Position numbers and translations under genes: made by a program
Notes under the pieces: generated by a model
Told to the model about the DNA's origin: nothing
Seen by the model: only the letters and a program-made list of their open reading frames with translations
The model's database searches: none
Shown: positions 1 to 11,760 of the stretch, one piece after another
How the letters are laid out: each line of letters begins with the position of its first letter
Numbering within the stretch: the stretch's first letter is position 1
DNA from: Mobula hypostoma
Taxonomy: Eukaryota
Direction: 5' to 3'
Assembly (NCBI RefSeq): GCF_963921235.1
Contig: NC_086107.1
Span: 114,578,001 to 114,638,000, forward strand
Length of the DNA: 60,000 bases

Positions 1-1775
1 GGAAGAAGTGCAGAGCAAGGATGTTGGTGGGACTTGAGGGAATGAGTTAGAGAGAGAGGTTGGGACTTCATCCCTTGGAGCGTAGAAAACTGAAGACTAC
101 CTTTCAGGGGTGTGTAGGAGGACAGACAGTGAAAATGCAGTCTTTTATTGATTAGGAAAATCAAGACGTAGATGGCACAGGTTTAAGGTGAGATGAAAAA
201 GATTCAATAGGGATAGGATGGGCAACTTTGTCCACCCAGAGGGTGGTCCATATATGAAACAAGCTGGCAGACGATGTGGTTGAAGCAGGTACAATTACAA
301 TTAAGAGGCTTTTGGACAGATACATGGATAGGAAAGGTGTAGCAGGATATGGGCCAATGGGGGAGGGGGGCGAGGAGAGAAAAGGTTTAGCAGAGCGGCA
401 CGGCAGACAAGATGGAGAGATGGTTTTAAAGGAGCAGAATCTGCACTGTACAACCCAATGCCAATGTAGGGCAGACAACCAGAATTAGGCTCATTATCGC
501 CAAAGAGTGCAAAACGAAAGGTTTACAGTTTACAGAGAGTTCACCAATCTGCTGGGGGGAAGAGAAGATGCTGTCTTGCTGAAGAAAAATGAGAATACAT
601 CACATCTGCATCTGTCACCCTTCTCCTGGGCTCTAGCTAAACCTGCTGAGTACCTTTGTCCCACTGTTTGCCGACAACAGCATATGAAGAGCTGGTAACA
701 GAAGATGTAAACAACAGGAGCAAGAGTGGCCCGTCAAGTCTGCTCCGTTACTCAGTATGATCAGTGGCCACGGTCTCAGCATCTTCCTGCCTTTTCCCGA
801 GAACTCTGCATTCCCCTGCCATTTGGGTCCACAGGAGAGTTACCAGGATACTGCCTGGATTAGACAGCATGTCTTATAAGGGTGAGTGAGCTATTGTGTT
901 TCTCTTTGGAGGACAAAAGGCAACTTGATAGAGCTGTATAGGGTTATGAGGCATTGATAGAGTGGGCTGCCATCATCTCTTTTCAAGGGGAGCAATGGTC
1001 ACTACAGAGATAAGTGGAGGAAACTTTAGGAGAGATGTCAAAGTCACAAGTGTTTTATTTTAGAGTGTGCTGGATGCCTGGTGTGAGGTAGAGGCTTAAA
1101 CATTCAGAGACTCTTAAACCGGCATATCACTGAAGGAAAAGGGAGGGTTATGGGCGCTGAGGGAAGGGAGGATTAGGCTGATGGCAGAGTAGGTCTATAC
1201 AGGTTGGGAACAGACACAGAGAACATGCAGTGCAGGCAGACAATATGGTGGAAGGGCCACGTTGATGTAGATAGGGTAGAACCTGTCAGCCTGGTGGGAC
1301 ATGCTTTCACGATTTTGTATCTTCTGTTCGAGTGGAGGGGAGAGAAGGGAGCATATTGGGCTGTACTGTTCTACTTTCCCCATTACGTTTAATGCTGTGT
1401 AGGAGGGAAGGATAAAGGAAAAAAGATACGCAGACAGCCACTGCCTTTGTCCCAGGGTGAAACAGCTAGTACTAGAGGATATGATTTTAAGGTGACTGAA
1501 GAGATGTCAGGTGTTTTTTTTTTTAAACACAGAGTGGTGGGTGTATGGAACTATCTGCCAAGCATGGAGGTAGAGGCAGATACATATAGAGACATTTAAG
1601 AAACTCTTAGAAAGGCACATGGATGATAGAAAAATGGAAGAGTTAGATTCATCTCAGAGTAGGTTAAAAGGTCAGCATAACACCATGGGCCAAGGGGGTC
1701 TGCGCTGTGCCACTGTTTGTTGACACCCACAGAACTACCGTAAACCCATTACGAGGGTTTGCCAACGACACTTAC

Positions 1776-1936
1776 CAGTCTGTGCCTGGCTGTAGGAGGA
1801 ACCGTAACCGCTGCCCTGACTGTAGCCAGACGTATCCGTTGGCTGGCTGTATCCACTGTAGCCCTGGTGGCTGTACCCCTGGGGAGGAGGCTGGCTGTAG
1901 CCACCTTGACCGGGTTGGGTGCTGTAACCCCCATAG
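1776..1936 (-). CDS. FUS: FUS coding exon 3 (SYGQ-rich prion-like domain)
   Basis: Reads (S)[53 protein letters not shown](G), closely matching human FUS exon 3 (YGAYPTQPGQGYSQ...YSGYSQSTDTSGY). Acceptor ctctcccctccag, donor gtaagt, 161 nt, phase 2 to 1. Not in the ORF track in this frame. Confidence 0.93.
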
Positions 1937-2012
1937 CTGGAGGGGAGAGCAGGAACAGGTTAACACAGGAACTGGAATATTATTGACCAATGTACAGTAA
2001 TACAATGAAAAG

Positions 2013-2638
2013 TCTTTCTTTTTAAATCTTTTTATTGAGTAAGTATACAAAAAAGGTAAGCCATATAAACATTAATACAATGTTAAAGTATAATAAAATT
2101 CCAAAAAATAACAATACCAAAAAGAAAATACTACAAACAATGTAATTTAAGCATAAGAAACCAAAATAACATAATAGTATACTAGATTTTATATATATCA
2201 ATAGAAAAAAAGAAAAAAAAACCCCAAAAAAAAAACCCACCGTGCAACTAACTAAAAGCAAAGCAAAGCAATGGGCTAACTTGAAACCAAACAGAGTTAA
2301 ACTTAAAATCACGTCCTCAATCCCGACCTCCATTAAAACAGTGAAAAAAAAACAAGAAGGGTAAATATTACATTAAATGAAAATATCGAATAAAAGGTCC
2401 CCAAATCTGTTCAAATTTAAATGAAGAATCATGAAGGTTACTTCTAATTTTCTCCAGATTCAAACATAAAATCGTCTGAGAAAACCAAAAAAAGGTAGTT
2501 GGAGCATTAAGCTCTTTCCAATGTTGTAAAATACATCTTCTCGCCATTAAAGTAAGAAATGCAATCATTCTACGGGCTGAAGGGGAAAGATTACTAGAAA
2601 TTTTAGGTAGTCCAAAGATAGCAGTAATAGGGTGAGGA
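2013..2638 (-). mobile_element. L1-clade LINE 3' fragment (ORF2 C-terminus, 3' UTR, A-rich tail)
   Basis: ORF ..MIAFLTLMARRCILQHWKELNAPTT..EKIR..WGPFIRYF, AATAAA and A-rich tail; same family as 12970-14730. Confidence 0.85.
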
Positions 2639-3354
2639 TGAAAAGTCTGTCTTGCATACCATTGATACAGATGAATTCATTACACAGTGCACTGAGATAG
2701 TACAATGCAGGCAAACAATAAGAAGCAAGATGAGAACCAGGTAGATAGTTATGGGAGCTCAACTGCTGTATTACAGCAAGGCACAGTTACAGTGCAATGT
2801 ACTACCCAGCTCAAAGAACACTTGTCTCACAAAAGATCAGTACAGATGATTTCATTTCGAAGGTATACTAAGGCAGTACAAAGTAAAACAATAACAGAAT
2901 GTAGAATAAAGTGTTACAGCTACAGAACAAGTGCAGTGCAGGGGCAAAAGGTGCAAGGGTCACAGTGAGGTCGACTGTGAGAACAGGAGTCCATCCTAGG
3001 GGACCATTCAATAGTCTTTTAACAGCGAGGTAGAAGCTGTCCTTGAGCCTGGTGGTATATGCTTTCAGACTTATTTTCTTTCTGCCCAATGGGAGAGAGC
3101 TGGGGAGAGGCAAGAGGATGTGCAGGATGGATGGGGTTTCTGAGGTTGAGGGGGACAATAAAGCAGCCATGATGGATTGGTGGAGCAGACTTGATGGGCC
3201 AAAGGCCAAATTCTGTCCTTGCATCTATTGCACAGAAGGGGGAGGGAGAAGAGAGAATGTCCATGGCGGGAGGGGTCCATATGGTGAGTTTCTTGTTGTC
3301 AGGCAAGTGGGGGGCAGGGGAAGAGAACGTGGGACCGACTAGTGCTGAACTTAC

Positions 3355-3388
3355 CTCTGAGCTGACGGCTGTCCGTAATTCCCAAGAT
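3355..3388 (-). CDS. FUS: FUS coding exon 2 (34 nt)
   Basis: tttttttttgcattgtag|ATCTTGGGAATTACGGACAGCCGTCAGCTCAGAG|gtaagt encodes (D)LGNYGQPSAQ(S). Phases join exon 1 and exon 3 in frame. Confidence 0.88.
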
Positions 3389-3454
3389 CTACAATGCAAA
3401 AAAAAAGACAAGAGAAAGTCAAAACTTTGCAGCTCATGGGGATCGAGGTGCTCC

Positions 3455-5081
3455 AGTAGGGAAGTGGTGTTAGGTAAATTGAAGGGATTGAAGGCAGATA
3501 AATCCCTGGGGCCAGATGGTCTGCATCCCAGAGTGCTTAAGGAAGTGGCCCAAGAAATAGTGGATGCATTAGTGATAATTTTTCAAAACTCGTTAGATTC
3601 TGGACTAGTTCCTGAGGATTGGAGGGTGGCTAATGTAACCCCACTTTTTAAAAAAGGAGGGAGAGAGAAACCGGGGAATTATAGGCCGGTTAGCCTAACG
3701 TCGGTGGTGGGGAAACTGCTGGAGTCAGTTATCAAGGATGTGATAACAGCACATTTGGAAAGCGGTGAAATGATCGGACAAAGTCAGCATGGATTTGTGA
3801 AAGGAAAATCATGTCTGACGAATCTCATAGAATTTTTTGAGGATGTAACTAGTAGAGTGGATAGGGGAGAACCAGTGGATGTGGTATATTTGGATTTTCA
3901 AAAGGCTTTTGACAAGGTCCCACATAGGAGATTAGTGTGCAAACTTAAAGCACACGGTATTGGGGGTAAGGTATTGGTGTGGGTGGAGAATTGGTTAGCA
4001 GACAGGAAGCAAAGAGTGGGAATAAACGGGACCTTTTCAGAATGGCAGGCGGTGACTAGTGGGGTACCGCAAGGCTCAGTGCTGGGACCCCAGTTGTTTA
4101 CAATATATATTAATGACTTGGATGAGGGAATTAAATGCAGCATCTCCAAGTTTGCGGATGACACAAAGCTGGGTGGCAGTGTTAGCAGTGAGGAGGATGC
4201 TAAGAGGATGCAGGGTGACTTGGATAGGTTGGGTGAGTGGGCAAACTCATGGCAGATGCAATTTAATGTGGATAAATGTGAAGTTATCCACTTTGGTGGC
4301 AAAAATAGGAAAACAGATTATTATCTGAATGGTGGCCGATTAGGAAAAGGGGAGGTGCAACGAGACCTGGGTGTCATTATACACCAGTCATTGAAAGTGG
4401 GCATGCAGGTACAGCAGGCGGTGAAAAAGGCGAACGGTATGCTGGCATTTATAGCGAGAGGATTCGAGTACAGGAGCAGGGAGGTACTACTGCAGTTGTA
4501 CAAGGCCTTGGTGAGACCACACCTGGAGTATTGTGTGCAGTTTTGGTCCCCTAATCTGAGGAAAGACATCTTTGCCATAGAGGGAGTACAAAGAAAGTTC
4601 ACCAGATTGATTCCTGGGATGGCAGGTCTTTCATATGAAGAAAGACTGGATGAACTGGGCTTGTACTCGTTGGAATTTAGAAGATTGAGGGGGGATCTGA
4701 TTGAAACGTATAAGATCCTAAAGGGATTGGACAGGCTAGATGCGGGAAGATTGTTCCCGATGTTGGGGAGGTCTAGAACGAGGGGTCACAGTTTGAGGAT
4801 AGAGGGGAAGCCTTTTAGGACCGAGGTAAGGAAAAACTTCTTCACACAGAGAGTGGTGAATCTGTGGAATTCTCTGCCACAGCAAACTGTTGAGGCCAGT
4901 TCATTAGCTATGTTTAAAAGGAAGTTAGATATGGCCCTTGTGGCTACAGGGGTCAGGGGGTATGGAGGGAAGGCTGGGTTCTGAGTTGGATGATCAACCA
5001 TGATCATAATAAATGGTGGTGCAGGCTCGAAGGGCCGAATGGCCTACTCCTGCACCTATTTTCTATGTTTCCATGTTTCTA
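3455..5081 (+). mobile_element. 5'-truncated CR1/HER1-type LINE with uninterrupted ORF2 RT region
   Basis: PGNYRPVSLTS, QHGF, YLDFQKAFD, GVPQGSVLGP, FADD, TRGH motifs; short-repeat tail ttctatgtttccatgtttcta; lies in FUS intron 1, antisense. Confidence 0.95.
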
Positions 5082-7718
5082 GTACAGAAATCACAAAAAG
5101 TGACAGGACTGCTTAAGTCATTTAATTGGTAATGGTACCTTAAAAAAAAGTAGAGCACAGGATTGAGTCATGACGCTGTGCCGACCCATATAAACCTAAT
5201 CATCAATCTAACCCTTCCTCTTTCACAGCCGATAACCTTCCGTTTTCTTGTCTCTTAATTGTCCCTAATGTATCTGCCTCTAACACCACACCCAGCCCTA
5301 TATTCCAGGCATTTAATAGCTGTGGGGAGGGGGGGGAACTACTCCTGAACTGCCCACTCACCTTAAAAAGGATGTCCTCTGGTATTAGTCTTTGCCACCC
5401 TGGGAAAAAGCCACTGGCTTTCCACTCAATGAATGCCTCTCATAATCTCATATACCCCTATCAAGTCTCTCATCCTCCTTTGCATCAGAAAGCCCTGGCT
5501 CACTCAACCTTTCCTCAAAAACATTTTCTAATCTGCATTCTCTCTAAAGCTTCCACATACTTCCGATAATGAGACAAGTAGAACTGAACACAATACTCCT
5601 GGGGTGGTCTAACCAGTGTTATGGAGCTGCAACGTTACCTCACAGCTCGTGAACTCAGTCCCAACTAATGAAGGTAACACACACACACCTACTAAATCTC
5701 CCTATCAACTTGCACGCAACTTCGAGGGATCTGTGGACGCGGACCCCAAGATCCCTCTGTTCATTCAATTGGTGTATTATTGTCATGTGTACAGACACAG
5801 CTTTTGTTCACATGCCATCCAGACAGATAATTCCATGCACAGTTACACTGATGTAGTACAGAGAAACTGAATGCAGATTGTAGGGCCACAATGAGATCAA
5901 TTGTGAGGTTAGGATCCATCTTATCCTATTAGATGAGTTTAAATGTTTATTGTGACATGCACAATTGCAGTGAAAAACTTCCTTGCAGCAGCGTCACATA
6001 CGTGTAAACGAGTTTATTAGTGTCATATGTACTACGAAGAGCCTTAGATGAGAAATTACCCTTGGGCCTGATGGAGCTGTTGTATCTTCTGTGTGACAGG
6101 AGTGGAGAGGAGAGAGAATGCACATGGTGCTGATTTCCCAAGACAGCAACAAGTGTAGACGGAAGGGGTGCTTGATCCCGTGACGGACTGGGCTATGCCC
6201 ATAACTGTCAGTCACAGGGAGGACAGTTGCCATACTAAGCCATGAAGCAGCTGGATAAGGTGCTGTCTGTGGTTTAAATGAAAGGGCAGTGTGGTGTAAA
6301 TTCAGCAGATTGTTCCCCTGCTGTCTCTGACCTTCAGGATCAGTGAACACAACTGACAGAATGTGAAGTGTCACTGTACAAATACAGCACAACTGAGCCC
6401 TGCTGCTCAACTCTTCCATGCCAACCAAGGTGCCTTCCTGAGCTAGTCCCAAATGCCCGTGCTTGGCCCAGATCCCTCAATCTTCCCTCTGACGGCTCAT
6501 TCCTCATCTCCACCACCCTCTGCACGAAGCACTTGCTTCTCAGGTCTCCTCTGAATCGTTTCCGTCACTAAGCCCGAGCCCTCCAGTTTCAGACTTCCCT
6601 TTCCCTGGGGAAAAAGACTGCAACCGCCCACCTCCCTTACACTCCTCGTCATCCCTTCAGCCCCCTTCACTCCAGAGGAAACTGACAGAATCGGAATCAG
6701 TTTGTTTGTCACATATACCAAGAAATAGTGGAAAAACCTGTCTTGTACACTCTCGTAAGGAAAGGGTTAAATTAGTTTTCTCCTCATAAATGCTAAAATG
6801 TGTAAAACAAAATGGACGTCTGCAAGGCAAAATGGTGTCAGCTTTGAATGTATGAAGAGACGGAGAGAGATAATGAATATCGGACACGGGTGGCTCCCTC
6901 TACCAGCACAGCTCAGTGATTCGGATGATGAACATTATTATGCGTTTGCGTCTCTTAGTAGTTCGTTAACCATCTTTCCTTCTGTATTTATTTTAATAGT
7001 ATTCAAATATGTGTACAGTGTCTCCTTTGTGGATATCTCACGCTGCCGAATCAGGAAAGAACAAGGGGTGAATTTTAAAGTATTTTCTTTATAACTCTGC
7101 ATACTGAGCAGTTCATCACACAATGCATCGAGTTACGACAAGGTAAAACATCAAAAGGCAAAATTAAGCACAATGTAGGTAAACAACAAAGTGCAAGTTC
7201 ATAAGGACTAATTGTACAAGGGGACCTTTCAGTACTCTTATAAGAGGAGTAGAAGCTATTATCGAGCCTGGTGGTGTGCACTTTGTACCATCTGCCCAAT
7301 GGAAGTGGGTGTGAGGGGTCTTGGATTGCAGAAGCTGTCCTTGAACCTGGCGGTATGTGGCTTCAGGCTTTCCTAACTTCTGTTCTGACGTTGGGGGGGG
7401 GGGGCAAAGGGCGAAGAGGAGAAAATGTGCTGGATGGCTGCTTTCCTGAGGCAGCGAGGGGTGGAGACAACGGAAGATTGCATCCAGAATTCTGAATTCT
7501 TATTTCTACAGATGACTGACTGCTGCATACAGGCTTTAATAGTCACAGAGTGGTAATGAAGATGATCATCACCTCGCTAGCCTGTCTTTTTGCATCTTGC
7601 CTCCTCTCAGATGAGCTCTTGGCCTCAATCTACTTCAGTACATCTATCCCCAGGCCCAAACATCAACTTAATCAATCAAGTCACCAGCTCCATTTCATTA
7701 GCAGTTTGAGATCTGATT

Positions 7719-9364
7719 CAGTACTGTGCAAAAGCCTTAGGCAGATGTACCAAAAAATTCTAAAGCAAAAATGCTTTCAAAAATAATAAAGTTTCTAAAA
7801 TTCAAAAAAATTATTAAAGAGAGCAATAAAAATAATTTAAATCAATATTTGGTGTAAACTGTACATTGTCATGCAGTTTTATAAGAAAATCTGCTGGTAG
7901 GCTGTTGAAGTATCTTGGAGAATTTGCCAGTTTTTTTGCAGACTTTGGCTGTCTCACTTGCTTCTGTCTCTCCAAGGAATCCCCGACTACCTCAGTCATG
8001 TTGAGATCTGGGATCTGTGCAAGCCATACCATCTGTTAAAGAACTGCTTCTTCTTCTTTTCACTGAAGATAGATCTTTATAAACTTGGGTGTGTTTAGTG
8101 TCAATGCCCTGCTGCAGAACGAATTTGCACCCATCAGACATCTTGCTGATGGCATTGTGTGAGGGACGAGAATCAGCTTGTACCTCTCAGCATTGAGGAT
8201 TCTATTCATTCTGACCAGATCACCAACTCCACTTACACAAATGCAATTCCAAACCTGCAGGGAGCACCTCCAAGTGCTTCACTGTTGGCGGTAGACACTC
8301 ATCCACGTAGCATTCTCCAGCTCTTCCAGGGACAGCTTGCCTCCTGCTTGAGCCAAAAATTTACAATTTTGACTCATGGGTCAGGGCACTTGCTGTCATT
8401 GTTCAGCACGCAAGTCCTTGTGTTTTTGTGCAGAGGTGAGTCGCTTGGCTTTGTTTCCACTTCAGATGAATGGTTTTCGTCAGCAACTCTTCCACGAAGA
8501 CTACTTCTAACAGGATTTCTCTAGACCGTAGAGGGACATACTTGGGTTCCAGTGGTTTCTGAGAGTTCAGAGCTGCTCGCAGTGCTGGACTTCCTCCAAT
8601 CTAGAAGGATCATCAGCTTGCTGTCTCTCTCAGCTTCTGCACCAACAACTGAGTCTCTGGTCCTCAACCTTCTCGGTTTCATAGTGCCTCTTCAGAAGAC
8701 CTTGGGCAGCACATCTTGAAACTCGGGTCTGCAGTGAAATTTCTGCTTGGGAGACACCTTGCTGCTGCAGGGTGACCACCTTGTGTCTTGTTGCTGTGCT
8801 CACCCTTGCCATGGTGTAGGAATTGATTATTTGATGGTTGATCTGTCACATGTGCCACACCCTCTCCTACTGGTCTGGTTGTCTCCCATCCAGCTTGATT
8901 CCTTCTACACCCTTTTCAGTACCAGTTTAGTTCATTCAACTAGTTATGTTATTGATCACTGGAACCTTCTTGATATCTTTTATTTAATAATGCACTGGGC
9001 TCTACACCTACAACTTAATCGAGTTTTTAAAAATCTCTTCTGGGCTTCCAGCTGGGTACAGGTTTCAAAACATTTGTTATAATCAATACCTGTACACAGC
9101 TGAAAGCCTGAGAACAGTTCGTTCATCATATATGCTGGGAAAGCACTAGATCTTTAATCAGCTTTTTTATTTCAAAAATGGTCTATCACTTAATGTTACT
9201 TTATTTCATAAAGTTTCTCTAACATTCATTTTTTTTTAAATGAGTGTTTGGAACTCTAAAATTCACTCTTTGCTACCAACACACTAATGCAAAGACAAAC
9301 AAAAACATTTAAAACTAAATTTATATAAAAAATCTAGGATGCCCAAGACTTTTGCACAGAACTG
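7719..9364 (-). mobile_element. Degenerate full-length Tc1-like DNA transposon (about 1.65 kb)
   Basis: TIRs cagtactgtgcaaaagccttaggca / tgcccaagacttttgcacagaactg followed by TA. Transposase remnants: HTH N-terminus MARVSTATRHKVVTLQQQGVSQAEIS.. (8812) and WLAQIPDLNMTE, resembling WPSQSPDLNPIE (about 8020). Confidence 0.88.
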
Positions 9365-9792
9365 TATGTGACCAAAGACTTTTGCAAATTTCGACAGATT
9401 TCTCAGAGAGAGAATTCTGACTGGTGCATCACCAGTATGGAGGCTCCAATGAGCAAGATGCTGCAGAGTTGTAGACTTAGCCAGGTCCATCACGGGCACA
9501 CCCTACAACCACGGACATCTTCTAATGGTGATGCCTCAACATAGATGGCAACGTCCATTACTAAGAGCCCTCAACACCCAAGGTATGCCCTTTCTTTGTT
9601 ACTAACACCGGGGAGGAGGTACAGGAGCCTGAAGATCAATATTCAATTAAGGAACAGCTTCTGCCCCTCCACCAGAGTTCTGAAGCCATGAACCTAGCCA
9701 CTCTCTTTCACACAGTTGTTTTCTGTTTACAACTGAATGACTTTTAAATTTTGCACTGTATTACTACTGTGAGACATGATGCAGTTCGGTGA

Positions 9793-10030
9793 CAGTCATA
9801 GTCATATTTTATTGATCCCGGGGGGAAACTGGTTTTTGTTACAGTTGCACCATAAATAATAAATAGTAAAAGAACCATAAATAGTTAAATAATAATATGT
9901 AAATTATGCCAGTAAATTGTGAAATAAGTCCAGGACCAGCCTATTGACTCAGGGCATCTGACCCTCCAAGGGAGGAGTCGTAAAGTTTGATGGCCACAGG
10001 TAGGAATGACTTCCTATGACGTCTCTGGCT
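9793..10030 (-). mobile_element. Rex/L2-like LINE 3' end
   Basis: Near-identical to the tail of the 19357-20090 element. Confidence 0.75.
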
Positions 10031-10329
10031 AAATGTACTCCTGCGCCTACCCAGTACATTAAACACAATTCTGAATATCTCTGCCTGTAGTTTCTCTGCA
10101 AGCCTCATTCATCCTGCACTCTCTGGGTCCCCTACACCATTGTTATTACCTGGATGTCAAAGCAAGGTTTTAATACCCACCACGATGAACCAGGTTACCT
10201 ATTTACCTTGCTCAGGGGCGTACAAAGGGGGCATCATTGTACCCACCCGCTGTACAGTACGATCCAAACCACAAAGAGGGGGGCTGCTCCCCAAACCCAA
10301 TATGAGGGTCAACTCTTGGGTGATGGACA

Positions 10330-11720
10330 GGGAATTCTGACGTCACCGCGCACCACGCCAAGCCGGGGAAGGAAGGAAAATGCCCGGATGTCCCCCTCCG
10401 CCATGGCCCGTCCCGGCCCGGGATGAGCTACCCGCTCCAATCCGCCGCCATCCTCCCCCGCAAGGCATCCGGGCGCCGTCCCCGCCTTACGGGGACCCCA
10501 CCGGAGTTTTTTTTATTTGTGGCTGGGGGAATGATGAAGTTTCCAACCGGCAGAAAAGTGTGTGGGGTGGGGGAGTTTTGTCGTATGAAAGGGCGGCGCG
10601 CCACGATCCGCCCCCACCACTTTTATCGGCGCTGCGACACAGATTTAAAGGCGCACCCGCCACTTTAATGCGGGAAGGGGGAAGGAGCCGCGAAATGTCG
10701 GCGGCGACACCGAGCTCCCACCACCCCCCTACCCCGACTCGGCTACATCGCCGCCCGTTTCAGACCAACGTCGGTGGGGAAGCGGGGAGATGGGGAGACA
10801 AGCGGTTGTCTGTCAAGACGGCAGGATTTAATGCCCGGAGTGGCGGGGAGGGAGCGGGGCGGACAAAATGGCGGCGGCTGGAGGGAAGAGTACGAGGCAT
10901 GAAATGGCGGCTTTACAGGGGAGGGGAAGAGCCGGAAAAAACAATAATTCTTCCGACCCCGGAGGCGTCGATCAGACTGGGCAAAAACGATGGCGATCTG
11001 TTGCACCTCCGCCACTTACCGTTGGACGCCATCCTGCCTTCACCACGGCCGCTGCGGTCACGACTGACGGAGGGGGTGGGGGAGGCTGGGGGGGTGGAGC
11101 CTCAGCGGGACCCGGGACCCTGATGGAGGGATGGACTCTCTGTCTCCACTCTTTTACACTCCCTTTCCTTCTCACAAAACAGGCTTAGGGTTCTGTTTTA
11201 AAAACTATTCGAATACTACTTCTGCGGGGGAAGCTCTGTTATTTTTTGGGGCGGAGGGCTATGTTATCTATATTTGGCAGGACACCACTCCCCCCCCCCA
11301 TTCCTCCTCCGGATGGCATTGTCCGCCGGTAGGACACGTGATCCAAGAACCCCGCCCCATCCCTGCTCCACCACGTGGTGCAGAAAGCCGCAGCGCCCGT
11401 CCTCTCCCTGCCGCCTCGCCCCTCTGACGTGTTACGCAGAGGCGCGAAGAGAGCTCGCGCCACGCCGCACGCACCCCCAATCCCTCCCACGTGAGGCTCG
11501 AGACCTGGGGGGCGGGCGGGCGCGCGCACGTCGGAACCGACGACCCACGTGGTCGCCCGCCGCGGCCTTCCCGCCCACCGACGCGGTTCGGCAGCGGTCC
11601 TTGTCCGCTCCCGGCAGCGGGTTGGCACAGGGCCCCAGCAGGTGATGTGCTGCTGGTACTTGTTCAGAGAATTCTTAGGCTGGCCCGGCTGAAACTTCCG
11701 GTAATGACAGGGTGAGTGCT
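10330..11720. promoter_or_regulatory. CpG island / FUS promoter and 5' part of intron 1
   Basis: High GC and CpG density around FUS exon 1. CACGTG at 11335, 11372, 11488 and 11546; GC box about 11350; ETS ACTTCCGG 11694-11701; CRE TGACGTCA 10338-10345; YY1-like AAATGGCGG about 10865 and 10902. Confidence 0.85.
11020..11032 (-). CDS. FUS: FUS coding part of exon 1 (MASN-D)
   Basis: ATGGCGTCCAACG|gtaagt inside a CpG island; same 13-nt MASN(D) first coding segment as human FUS. Confidence 0.92.
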
Positions 11721-11760
11721 AACTACGGTGCTCGGCTCCTCCAGCGCTTGCCTCACACTG

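Noticed and set aside
3191..3454. N-terminal extension of the 597-aa RT ORF as a domesticated or fused gene
   Set aside because: The upstream codons are chance open intronic sequence antisense to FUS exon 2; LINE similarity starts at about 3455 and the element is 5'-truncated
6915..7000. Possible C/D-box snoRNA (ATGATGA)
   Set aside because: The box C-like motif is antisense to the host FUS intron, with no matching D box or terminal stem
10380..11715. Multiple GC-rich ORFs up to 247 aa
   Set aside because: Typical CpG-island open frames with no recognisable homology; only the 13-nt FUS segment is supported
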